Shown here: positions 27,370 to 35,235 of the stretch, piece after piece
How positions within the stretch are numbered: position 1 is the first letter of the stretch
How the letters are laid out: every line of letters starts with the position of its first letter
IMG/VR virus record: IMGVR_UViG_3300010354_000122
Span: 1 to 53,060 of that record
Reading direction: 5' to 3' (one strand)
Length of the DNA: 53,060 nt
Source: a virus
Lineage: Duplodnaviria > Caudoviricetes
Translations under genes and position numbers: made by a program
The notes under the pieces: generated by a model
What the model saw: only the letters and a program-made list of their open reading frames with translations
What the model was told of the DNA's origin: nothing
Databases searched by the model: none

Positions 27370-28116
27370 ATGTTTTTCTGGTTTAAGCGAAAAAAGATTG
27401 TATTGGATTGTTTTACCTATGACTCCATAGTGTATGATAGACATAAGATACAAAAAGCTGTGTATTCTTTACCTGATTGGTTCAAAAATCTTGACATAAA
27501 CATTCCGGGAAATATGAAATATTGTGAGGGATTTAAACAATATTTTAAAAATGCAATTTCTCTTAATATGTGGTGCACTCTCGATTTTCACATTGACAGC
27601 AAAAATAAAAAATGGGAATGGAATGCTGCCATGCCACTAAGAGCACATGGTGAGCATAAGCCTAAACAATATGGTTCTTTTCTTCCCCCAGATAACTACG
27701 ACCATTTTAAAATAGGCACTCCCTGGTTCTTCAAGACAAGCAGGCATGTTAAGTTTGCCTGGGTTGATAGTTTCTGGTGTAGGAATACAATGGCTTATTT
27801 TTTTCCAAATGCTATTGTAGACTACTTTTATCAGCATACCACAGACGTGAACATGTTTTTTAGTTACGGAGATAAGCCTTATTCATTCACAATTCAAGCC
27901 GGCCAGCCGATGATTTTTTTAATTCCTCTCACGGAAGAAAAAGTTGAGATAAGAAACCACCTTGTTTCCGTACAAGAAATTGAGCGGTATGCACCTGTTG
28001 ATGTTGGTGTGTCCTCCGCCTTTAACAGATACCAGATAAGAAAAAAACACACAGACAAACTTTTAAGTCAGCAAAAGAAATGCCCATTTGGTTTTGGAAA
28101 CAAAGATGAAATCTAA
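27370..28116 (+). CDS. Hypothetical protein of the type found beside phage 2OG-Fe(II) oxygenases
   Basis: GGAG RBS before ATG 27370; PDWFK...MK.C.G and AGQPM..LIP. Confidence 0.6.
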   Translation: MFFWFKRKKIVLDCFTYDSIVYDRHKIQKAVYSLPDWFKNLDINIPGNMKYCEGFKQYFKNAISLNMWCTLDFHIDSKNKKWEWNAAMPLRAHGEHKPKQYGSFLPPDNYDHFKIGTPWFFKTSRHVKFAWVDSFWCRNTMAYFFPNAIVDYFYQHTTDVNMFFSYGDKPYSFTIQAGQPMIFLIPLTEEKVEIRNHLVSVQEIERYAPVDVGVSSAFNRYQIRKKHTDKLLSQQKKCPFGFGNKDEI

Positions 28117-28708
28117 CTTAGTTAAATCTGACAAATTTAATTTTGTGGTGTTTGAGAACATTTTTAATGAAGAAGAGCTGGGAAAAATTTGGATTGAAGT
28201 AACATTCTTGAGTGATTTCAACAAACTAAAAAATGAACAGCAGCTGGGAAGCGCTTATGAAGGTAACAAGCTTCTAAAAAAAGGATACGGCATATGGCTC
28301 GACGAGATGTACACGAACAGACACACGTCTAATTATCTTAGATTGTATAAAAAACCTTTTAGCTGCGAAGAAATGGATGATTACTTTAAACAAGATTACA
28401 CACTAAATCTTTTTAGAAATACAAATAGAGATAACACATTAATAAACTACTATGCGGATTCTAATTACTATGAGCCGCATTTAGATAATGCGTGTTATTC
28501 GTATGTATTTTGGTTATTTCGGGAGCCAAGGATGTTTACCGGTGGAGAATTTTATTTTCCCGATATAGACTGTGAATTGTCGGCAGCAAGTAATTGCGGA
28601 GTTCTATTTCCTTCATGGGCTAAACACGGCGTAAAACAAATAGAAAATAATGTAGATGGTACGGAATTTGCTGGTCGCTTTAGTTTCTCAACTTTTTTTC
28701 ATATATAA
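28106..28708 (+). CDS. 2OG-Fe(II) oxygenase (prolyl-hydroxylase-like)
   Basis: YEPHLD, FTGGEF.F, LFPS...H.V and GRF motifs. Confidence 0.85.
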   Translation: MKSNLVKSDKFNFVVFENIFNEEELGKIWIEVTFLSDFNKLKNEQQLGSAYEGNKLLKKGYGIWLDEMYTNRHTSNYLRLYKKPFSCEEMDDYFKQDYTLNLFRNTNRDNTLINYYADSNYYEPHLDNACYSYVFWLFREPRMFTGGEFYFPDIDCELSAASNCGVLFPSWAKHGVKQIENNVDGTEFAGRFSFSTFFHI

Positions 28709-28710
28709 AA

Positions 28711-28914
28711 ATGTCTCACCTCAATAATTTAAAAAAATGGGTTCTCCAGCCTGCTTCAGATGAAGTACAGGCTGAAAGACTCGCCATTTGTCATGCGTGT
28801 CCTGAATACAAAGCACAGATAAATTTATGTAACATGTGCAAATGTCTTGTCGGTCTAAAGGTGGGGCTTGCACGTCAAAAGTGTCCACTTGATAAATGGA
28901 TGGATATTAAGTAG
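28711..28914 (+). CDS. Small Cys-rich, probably metal-binding protein
   Basis: R..IC..CP...C..C.C...K......CPLDKW. Confidence 0.7.
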   Translation: MSHLNNLKKWVLQPASDEVQAERLAICHACPEYKAQINLCNMCKCLVGLKVGLARQKCPLDKWMDIK

Positions 28915-28998
28915 GGTGCCGAGAAGCATTGGTGACTTCAGCAGACTGTAAATCTGTCGCCTCAGGCATACGGGGTTCGAATCCCTGGGCACCCACCA
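28914..28998 (+). tRNA. tRNA-Tyr(GUA)
   Basis: GGGTGCC/GGCACCC acceptor, GCAGA-CTGTAAA-TCTGT, variable arm, CCA. Confidence 0.93.
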
Positions 28999-28999
28999 T

Positions 29000-29073
29000 G
29001 CGGGATTAGTTTAATGGTAGAACGAGAGCCTTCCAAGCTCACGACAGCGGTTCGATTCCGCTATCCCGCTCCA
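29000..29073 (+). tRNA. tRNA-Gly(UCC)
   Basis: GCGGGAT/ATCCCGC acceptor, GAGC-CTTCCAA-GCTC, TCCA end. Confidence 0.93.
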
Positions 29074-29075
29074 AA

Positions 29076-29169
29076 GGAGACATGGCTGAGTGGTCGAAAG
29101 CGGCTTCCTGCTAAGAAGTTATACGGTTTAAAAACTGTATCGAAGGTTCGAATCCTTCTGTCTCCGCCA
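29076..29169 (+). tRNA. tRNA-Ser(GCU)
   Basis: GGAGACA/TGTCTCC acceptor, GCTTC-CTGCTAA-GAAGT, long variable arm, GCCA end. Confidence 0.93.
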
Positions 29170-29174
29170 ACTAA

Positions 29175-29207
29175 GAAGGATATATATCTTATACCTAGTG
29201 ATGGGTG
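29175..29207 (+). repeat. 33-nt upstream element, copy 1
   Basis: GAAGGATATATATCTTATACCTAGTGATGGGTG; 28/33 identical to 30056-30088. Confidence 0.8.
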
Positions 29208-29229
29208 ATCATATTATAAGGAGAGATAT

Positions 29230-30045
29230 ATGTTTTTTGTTAAAGCTTTTTTTGCTGGTTTGATTATTACAATTGCTTCTTTATTTCAAACAGCTGAAGC
29301 TACACCAATTGTAATGCTAAAAACAACTACAGCTGGTACAGTAGCTAGAATTGTTGACATAAAGTTAGCAATGTCAAACGCAGTCGTGACACACGATGTG
29401 CCATTTTACAACTGGGAGCATGGGTTTGGCAGTTTTATCACTGCACCCTGGGGCAGCTGGGAAGGGTACATAGCCACACCAAACTCGAATCCACCTGCAG
29501 GAGCGTTGGAACACGTAATTCAGTTTGAGTTTAGATCAGAAAATTTCTTTGTAGAACAAAATACCGGTCATTTTGTTGTTGGTCTTCGTAGCAGAATTGA
29601 TGGTAACAAGCTAAACAGTAACGGTATCATACTTGGCAACGTTTCTGAATATTACAATCCTGAAACATTATGTGGACCAGCTGATAAACGAAACGCAGCA
29701 TCGATGGCAGTTTTCTTTACAGGTGGCAATTGTGTGCTGGGCTCTCAAACAACATCTGTTGCTTTGAAAGACAAGACTGATTACTTTGTCATTTTTGTTG
29801 CTGGTGAATACCGACAGAAGGTAGCTAAAAACGCTGACGGTTATCTACGTTATTTTCTAATGGAAAAAGTCGCCGATCAGTGGGTTGTCGTTGATCAAAA
29901 ATCGTATGACATACCACTTGTAAACTTTGCCCCATCATCGTTTAGAATTATGCCACATGGCGGATGGTTTATAGCAGAAAACCTGTCACAGCATTATTGG
30001 CAGTTTAAGATTAAAGATCTTAAAGCGTATTGGGTAGTTGAATAA
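29230..30045 (+). CDS. Secreted/periplasmic hypothetical protein
   Basis: Signal-peptide-like N-terminus ending AEA; beta-rich; AAGGAG RBS. Confidence 0.65.
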   Translation: MFFVKAFFAGLIITIASLFQTAEATPIVMLKTTTAGTVARIVDIKLAMSNAVVTHDVPFYNWEHGFGSFITAPWGSWEGYIATPNSNPPAGALEHVIQFEFRSENFFVEQNTGHFVVGLRSRIDGNKLNSNGIILGNVSEYYNPETLCGPADKRNAASMAVFFTGGNCVLGSQTTSVALKDKTDYFVIFVAGEYRQKVAKNADGYLRYFLMEKVADQWVVVDQKSYDIPLVNFAPSSFRIMPHGGWFIAENLSQHYWQFKIKDLKAYWVVE

Positions 30046-30055
30046 AAAAAATTGG

Positions 30056-30088
30056 GAAGGCTATATATCTTGTACCTAGCAATAGGTG
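30056..30088 (+). repeat. 33-nt upstream element, copy 2
   Basis: GAAGGCTATATATCTTGTACCTAGCAATAGGTG; 28/33 identical to 29175-29207. Confidence 0.8.
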
Positions 30089-30114
30089 CTTTTATTAACA
30101 AAGGAGGTAGTAAC

Positions 30115-30558
30115 ATGAAGAAACTCGTAATTAGTGCTGTTTTAGCTCTTGCTGCTGGCTCAGCTTCTGCTTTTGAAGTTGGTGTCACCGGTCACCGTAA
30201 CTACGACACAGATCGTAATGCTGTTGGCGTTACTGTTGGTCAAAGCTTCAAGGGTCTTGATCTTACCGCAGGTTTCGATCGTACTACAAAGGATAGCAAA
30301 GTAGATCGTTGGAGCCTTGTTGGTGGTCTCAATGTCCTCAAGCTTGGTGATGCAAGAGTTGCAGTGAAGGCAGGTGCCGCACATGTTAACGCTAAGGATG
30401 GTCCAAGTGGCCTTGCTGGTGTTGCTGGTGTTGGTCTCAAGCTGCCACTTGATAAGAAGCTTACAGCCACTGTTGATGTAATGCGTCAGTGGGGTGAGCC
30501 AGCCGTTAAGACTCTTGACGGTAACCTCGTCGTGCTTGGTGTCAAGTACAAGTTTTAA
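30115..30558 (+). CDS. Small outer-membrane beta-barrel protein
   Basis: Signal peptide MKKLVISAVLALAAGSASA, amphipathic strands, C-terminal GVKYKF (BAM-type signal); AAGGAGG RBS. Confidence 0.85.
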   Translation: MKKLVISAVLALAAGSASAFEVGVTGHRNYDTDRNAVGVTVGQSFKGLDLTAGFDRTTKDSKVDRWSLVGGLNVLKLGDARVAVKAGAAHVNAKDGPSGLAGVAGVGLKLPLDKKLTATVDVMRQWGEPAVKTLDGNLVVLGVKYKF

Positions 30559-30576
30559 TTTGTTATAAGCTCCGAC

Positions 30577-30606
30577 ACAAACCCGCTTCGGCGGGTTTGT
30601 TTTTTT
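30577..30606 (+). terminator. Rho-independent terminator
   Basis: ACAAACCCGC-TTCG-GCGGGTTTGT followed by a T run. Confidence 0.92.
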
Positions 30607-30632
30607 CTGGAGTTAATGTATAATACGAACAT

Positions 30633-30708
30633 CTGCCCGTAGCTCAGTGGATAGAGCAACGGCCTTCTAAGCCGTTGGTCGGACGTTCGAATCGTCTCGG
30701 GCAGGCCA
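30633..30708 (+). tRNA. tRNA-Arg(UCU)
   Basis: CTGCCCG/CGGGCAG acceptor, ACGGC-CTTCTAA-GCCGT, CCA; TATAAT at 30619-30624 upstream. Confidence 0.95.
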
Positions 30709-30714
30709 TAAATA
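30707..30714 (+). promoter_or_regulatory. Late promoter CATAAATA overlapping the tRNA-Arg 3' end
   Basis: NATAAATA upstream of the 30739 ORF. Confidence 0.55.
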
Positions 30715-30738
30715 CATTTATTTGCACTGAGGTACATC

Positions 30739-31590
30739 ATGAACTTAGCATTGTTTCTTCTCATCATAGTAATGTTGGTTGTTATAGTGTATCTCAAATT
30801 AACAGCCAAAGATTCTTATTCTGGTTTACGTGATCAAATCTACTTTGGTTACTATGGAGATATGTCTTATCAGTTAGAAGAAACCAAAGATCATACCAAC
30901 ATGGTTTGGATTGCTGCATGGGATAGACATCCTTTGTCCTGGGGAGATTGCGTTTATCAGCGTGTTCAACAAGCAAGCAATGTAGGAAAAAAGTCGGTAA
31001 TCATGATGACAAATGATTGCTATGTTGACCGTAAATTTAATCCTAAGGCAGTTGAAGAATTAGATGATTTGTTTCGTAAGTTGAGTAAAGATGATTATTT
31101 GAACGACGTCATTGCAATTTACCCCACTGACGAACCTGATGGAGCTAATATTAGCTCAGAAGAAATTGCAAAAGCAAACAACGCCATAAGAAATGTAATG
31201 AAAAAATATTCAGAATTGAAAAACACAGCTTTGGCTGTTTTTTATACCGGGTCAGAAAAATACCCAGGTATGGAATATTATGACTGGGTTGGTTTTGATG
31301 AATACCATGTGGGGGCAAAGGCATTAGGAGCAAAGTATAGACGAATGGTTTCCAAGCTTCGTGGGGATCAACGGACAATGATTATACCTGGAGGATGTGA
31401 TAAGTGGAGACAAGATCCCAAACCGTTTGTTAATTTTGCTTTGAAAAATCCTCGTGTTGTCGCAATAGTACCATTTATTTGGTTCGACAATGCTGATCCA
31501 GGAAATACAGATGTCGGGCATGGTATTAGAAGCAACGGAATGAAAGAAGCTTATAAGGAGGCAGGTTTGACTATAATTAAGCCTCGTTAG
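30739..31590 (+). CDS. Membrane-anchored TIM-barrel glycoside-hydrolase-like protein
   Basis: N-terminal TM helix; Y..DEPD (clan GH-A-like acid/base), DWVGFDEY and IVPF.W. Confidence 0.55.
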   Translation: MNLALFLLIIVMLVVIVYLKLTAKDSYSGLRDQIYFGYYGDMSYQLEETKDHTNMVWIAAWDRHPLSWGDCVYQRVQQASNVGKKSVIMMTNDCYVDRKFNPKAVEELDDLFRKLSKDDYLNDVIAIYPTDEPDGANISSEEIAKANNAIRNVMKKYSELKNTALAVFYTGSEKYPGMEYYDWVGFDEYHVGAKALGAKYRRMVSKLRGDQRTMIIPGGCDKWRQDPKPFVNFALKNPRVVAIVPFIWFDNADPGNTDVGHGIRSNGMKEAYKEAGLTIIKPR

Positions 31591-31655
31591 TTTAATGGTA
31601 AAACGTCGCCTTTACACGGCGAATAGTGGTGGTTCGATTCCATCACGAGGCACCA
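31581..31655 (+). tRNA. tRNA-Val(UAC)
   Basis: GCCTCGT/ACGAGGC acceptor, TCGCC-TTTACAC-GGCGA, CCA. Confidence 0.93.
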
Positions 31656-31671
31656 CTAATCGGAGAATAAA

Positions 31672-31881
31672 ATGAAGCTTACACAAGAAGAAGCGGAGAA
31701 GTTTTTGAATCCTGATGGAACAATCAACGCAAGAAAAGTTCGTAGGTCTTGTGGTGGTAGACGTGGTCGTAAGGAAGGTACGAAGTCGCTTAAAAATAGA
31801 CAAGCAGGAAAAGCCAAGGTTAGCACAAGAACTGTAATACGTGCAAAATATAATGCTATGAAGAATTACTTACAACAATGA
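31672..31881 (+). CDS. Small basic hypothetical protein
   Basis: GGAG RBS; Arg/Lys-rich 69 aa. Confidence 0.6.
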   Translation: MKLTQEEAEKFLNPDGTINARKVRRSCGGRRGRKEGTKSLKNRQAGKAKVSTRTVIRAKYNAMKNYLQQ

Positions 31882-32321
31882 GTACACCCGAAATTAAAAT
31901 CTTAGCTGTAAGCAATGTATACTGCAGGTTAATGTATTTTAAAAATAGGGGTGATGTACAGGCAGGCCATTGTCACACGTATGACCATGGTACTTTGCTG
32001 TCAACTGGCCGTTTACAAGTAGATATGTTCAGCGAAGATAATATACACCAAGGCACAAAAATTTTTGAAGCGCCAACATTTATTTTTATACGTAAAGATG
32101 CAAAACATCAATTAACAGCTCTTGAAGATAATACTGTAGCGGTGTGCATACATGCTCTTAGAACAATTGAAGATGATATTATAGATTCTAGCTTTTTTGT
32201 AACAGCAATGCAAGATGAACAAAGTGTTGCCAGATCAATGATTAGAAAAGATATGATGCGTAAACATTTTACTTGTAGTGAAAGTATACCAGTGGATAAG
32301 CTTAAAGAACCAGAAGCATAA
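31878..32321 (+). CDS. Cupin-fold protein
   Basis: GHCHTYDH..LL..G and H.L.ALED....C.H motifs. Confidence 0.7.
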   Translation: MSTPEIKILAVSNVYCRLMYFKNRGDVQAGHCHTYDHGTLLSTGRLQVDMFSEDNIHQGTKIFEAPTFIFIRKDAKHQLTALEDNTVAVCIHALRTIEDDIIDSSFFVTAMQDEQSVARSMIRKDMMRKHFTCSESIPVDKLKEPEA

Positions 32322-32323
32322 AA

Positions 32324-32412
32324 GGAAACGTGGCAGAGCCCGGTTTATTGCAACAGTCTTGAAAACTGTCGACTGTAAAGGTCCGTAGGTTCGAATCCTA
32401 CCGTTTCCGCCA
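32324..32412 (+). tRNA. tRNA-Ser(UGA)
   Basis: GGAAACG/CGTTTCC acceptor, ACAGT-CTTGAAA-ACTGT, long variable arm, GCCA end. Confidence 0.95.
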
Positions 32413-32414
32413 AA

Positions 32415-32455
32415 CATAAATACCCTAATAATATCAACGTTATTGGGGTATTTTT
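32415..32455 (+). promoter_or_regulatory. Late promoter embedded in a 14-bp hairpin covering the downstream RBS
   Basis: CATAAATA (32415-32422); AAATACCCTAATAA (32418-32431) pairs with TTATTGGGGTATTT (32440-32453); ATG at 32456. Confidence 0.6.
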
Positions 32456-32818
32456 ATGCCTACGAAAAACATTGAGTACGTTAAATTCGTAAAGGAGAAT
32501 TTAGGTATGGTATCGAGTGCTATTGCCGTTGTCACAGCTATTGTAGTTTCTGTGATTTCCATAGAATCACGGTACGCTCATGCTCAAGATGTTAAAGAAC
32601 TTGTTAGAAACCAGGGTGAGCAGATTAAGCTGATGAATCAAAACAGCGCTCGCAACCTGATGTTTCAGCTTGAATATTATGACAATGCAATCAAGCAACG
32701 CGAGCGGCTACTTCTTTCAACGCAGAACCAAGTGACACGTCTAGAAATAACACGCGAAATTGACGATCTGAAAATGAAAAGAGAATTTGTCCGTAAACAA
32801 ATTATAGATAGCAAATGA
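32456..32818 (+). CDS. Single-TM coiled-coil protein
   Basis: Hydrophobic AIAVVTAIVVSVISI followed by a heptad-rich region. Confidence 0.6.
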   Translation: MPTKNIEYVKFVKENLGMVSSAIAVVTAIVVSVISIESRYAHAQDVKELVRNQGEQIKLMNQNSARNLMFQLEYYDNAIKQRERLLLSTQNQVTRLEITREIDDLKMKREFVRKQIIDSK

Positions 32819-33294
32819 GATACGATCAATTCAGAGAAGTAGCCAAGGATGGAGATATTCTTTTTCTTCACGTTAATAGAAAAGATTTCCTTTCAACTCT
32901 GACCTCGTGGTTTACGAAGTCTGAGTACACTCACGCGGCTTTCGTCTTCTGGTACAAAGATAGACTAATGGTTGTTGAGTCAACGACACATGGCGGTTTA
33001 CGAATTGTTACTGCTTCCCAGTATCAAGACAGAGAGCTAGATATTGTTGCTGCTCCAAAAGATTGGAACACAATCAGTGCAAGAGCTTTAGAGAAATCAG
33101 GAACAGCTGAGTATGGGTGGTTTAGTGCAGCCTACATAGGACTGCGTGAGTTTATGTTTACGCACTTCGATATTAAGCTGCCTGAAGATAAAACAAATAG
33201 AAACCAAGCATGCTCGGAGTTTGTTGCTGAAATGCTTGGGTTACCGGACAACGACATTTCTCCAGGAATGTTAATGAAATATTTGAGAGGATGA
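32815..33294 (+). CDS. Permuted papain-like NlpC/P60 (YiiX/YaeF-like) enzyme
   Basis: DGDILF, YTHAA (His before Cys) and CSEFVA. Confidence 0.8.
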   Translation: MRYDQFREVAKDGDILFLHVNRKDFLSTLTSWFTKSEYTHAAFVFWYKDRLMVVESTTHGGLRIVTASQYQDRELDIVAAPKDWNTISARALEKSGTAEYGWFSAAYIGLREFMFTHFDIKLPEDKTNRNQACSEFVAEMLGLPDNDISPGMLMKYLRG

Positions 33295-33295
33295 T

Positions 33296-33640
33296 ATGAT
33301 AACATTGCAAATTATTTTCTGGGTTTTTATAGCGTGTTTCTTTACTTGGGGAATGTATCTTGCTGTCATGAATCTAATGGCTGCAAGAAAGACAATGCCT
33401 CTCGCTACAAAATTTTTTGCATATCCTTTAGCAGCAATTGGAATCATTATGGATGTGTTGATTAATATTGTGGTTGGTACTATACTGTTTCTCGAATTGC
33501 CAAAGACGTGGTTGTTAACATCGAGACTGCAAAGTCATATGGATGACCCTAACTGGAGGGGAGCAATTGCTATTTGGATTTGTGCCAATCTACTAGATCC
33601 GTTTGATGCTCGTGGATATCATTGCAGGAAACCGAAATGA
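33296..33640 (+). CDS. Membrane protein
   Basis: Two hydrophobic helices; C-terminal C..LLDPFD..G.HC. Confidence 0.65.
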   Translation: MITLQIIFWVFIACFFTWGMYLAVMNLMAARKTMPLATKFFAYPLAAIGIIMDVLINIVVGTILFLELPKTWLLTSRLQSHMDDPNWRGAIAIWICANLLDPFDARGYHCRKPK

Positions 33641-33840
33641 GAGAAGCTGGAAAAGGATCAAAGCCAAGACCGTTTTCTGTTGATCAGCAAACATTCGACG
33701 CTAACTGGGAAAGAGTTTTTGGTAATGCAAAAGTTCGTAAAGAAATAGAAGAACAACGTAAACTTAAAGACCCAAGAACCGATGCCGAGCGACAAAAAGA
33801 AGCTTGGATGAAAGATGAATACTACGACCTAGAGGACTGA
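33637..33840 (+). CDS. Small conserved phage hypothetical protein
   Basis: GKGSKPRP...F..NW.R.F motif; ATGA overlap with the upstream gene. Confidence 0.6.
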   Translation: MREAGKGSKPRPFSVDQQTFDANWERVFGNAKVRKEIEEQRKLKDPRTDAERQKEAWMKDEYYDLED

Positions 33841-33841
33841 C

Positions 33842-34213
33842 ATGGCACTTGTACATAAGCACGTAATAATAAGAGCAGAAGTTAATAATCCACCAACCGA
33901 TCGCAACTGGCTACACACATGGTTGAATGAACTTGTTGCTAAGATTGGTATGAAGGTGTGTCAAGGTCCTATCGTAAGCTATATCGATGTACCAGGCAAT
34001 CGTGGTTTGACCGGAGTTGTTATCATTGAAACAAGTCACATAGCAATTCACGTTTGGGATGAGTGTAAGCCAGGACTGATTCAGTTCGACGTTTACACGT
34101 GTGGTCCGTTTGACCCCCAAGTTGTTTTTAATGAGATGAAAGTATTTGATCCTGTCAAGCTTCAGTTTAAGTATCTTGATAGAGAGCACGATTTAGTTGA
34201 GGTGGCAGTTTAG
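33842..34213 (+). CDS. speD: S-adenosylmethionine decarboxylase proenzyme-like protein
   Basis: H.II, GLTGVVIIETSHIAIHVW and QFDVYTCG. Confidence 0.8.
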   Translation: MALVHKHVIIRAEVNNPPTDRNWLHTWLNELVAKIGMKVCQGPIVSYIDVPGNRGLTGVVIIETSHIAIHVWDECKPGLIQFDVYTCGPFDPQVVFNEMKVFDPVKLQFKYLDREHDLVEVAV

Positions 34214-34214
34214 G

Positions 34215-34290
34215 GGGAGTGTAGCTCAGTTGGGAGAGCGCCAGCTTTGCAAGCTGGATGTCGCGGGTTCGATCCCTGTCACTTCCACCA
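34215..34290 (+). tRNA. tRNA-Ala(UGC)
   Basis: GGGAGTG/CACTTCC acceptor with G3:U70, CCAGC-TTTGCAA-GCTGG, CCA. Confidence 0.95.
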
Positions 34291-34293
34291 ATC

Positions 34294-34368
<75 letters not shown>

Positions 34369-34383
34369 ATTTTAGGAGTAGTA

Positions 34384-35226
34384 ATGTTTGACTGTATGAT
34401 GATAAATGATGAGCTTGATCTTCTTGAGATCCGACTCCACACTTTGGATCCGATCATAGAAAAGTTTGTCATTGTTGAATCTCTTACTACTCACTCTGGT
34501 AAAGACAAGCCGTTACACTTTGCCAAAAACCAAAAACGTTTCCAGCAGTTTGAATCAAAGATTATTCATGTTGTTTATCCTGGCTACAATGCCCAGCATG
34601 GCTACGAAGTGTGGGGCAATGAGAACGGCCAGCGGGATTGGTTTCTCCATGCACTAGATCACGTGAGGCCCAGCGACAATCTTTGTTTCTATAGTGATCT
34701 AGATGAAATTCCCAGACCAGAAAAATTACTTGAGGCAAAACAACTCTATGAGCAAAACAACACGCCTGTGGCTTTCAATATGCATTATTGCATGTATTTT
34801 TTTAATTATTCTTTTGACGTTCCTTCACGAGGACCAATTCTTTACAATCCTGACCATGCAAAAGCATTCCACGCAAGAATCGGTAGGGATCTGCATTCCC
34901 CCACAGACGTTAGATGGCATTCCAACACCCCAGGATACGAACACGACTTTCAGAATCTAGATGATGCTGGCTGGCATTTCTCTTCAATGGGTGGCTACGA
35001 ACAGTTGAAAAGTAAGATTGCAGCGTGTGCTCATGTTGAGTATAATAAAGATGAAATCGTTTCAGAAGAAAACATTCAAAAGGCTATTGAAGAAGGCAGA
35101 TTGTACTTTGGAGATAACACATCAGCAAATGCAAGTGGAGAGCGTTGCAAGAAGCGTAGTCTAGATTTTCTTCCCCTTTATGTTCAACAAAACCTAGATA
35201 GGTTCAAACAATATATTTTGCAATAG
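34384..35226 (+). CDS. Glycosyltransferase family 17-like protein
   Basis: ELDLLEIRL, FVIVES..THSG..KPL.F, E..QR, SDLDEIP and AGWHFS. Confidence 0.82.
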   Translation: MFDCMMINDELDLLEIRLHTLDPIIEKFVIVESLTTHSGKDKPLHFAKNQKRFQQFESKIIHVVYPGYNAQHGYEVWGNENGQRDWFLHALDHVRPSDNLCFYSDLDEIPRPEKLLEAKQLYEQNNTPVAFNMHYCMYFFNYSFDVPSRGPILYNPDHAKAFHARIGRDLHSPTDVRWHSNTPGYEHDFQNLDDAGWHFSSMGGYEQLKSKIAACAHVEYNKDEIVSEENIQKAIEEGRLYFGDNTSANASGERCKKRSLDFLPLYVQQNLDRFKQYILQ

Positions 35227-35235
35227 GAGATTCAA

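Noticed and set aside
29014-29208. 64-aa plus-strand ORF
   Set aside because: It overlaps tRNA-Gly and tRNA-Ser almost entirely
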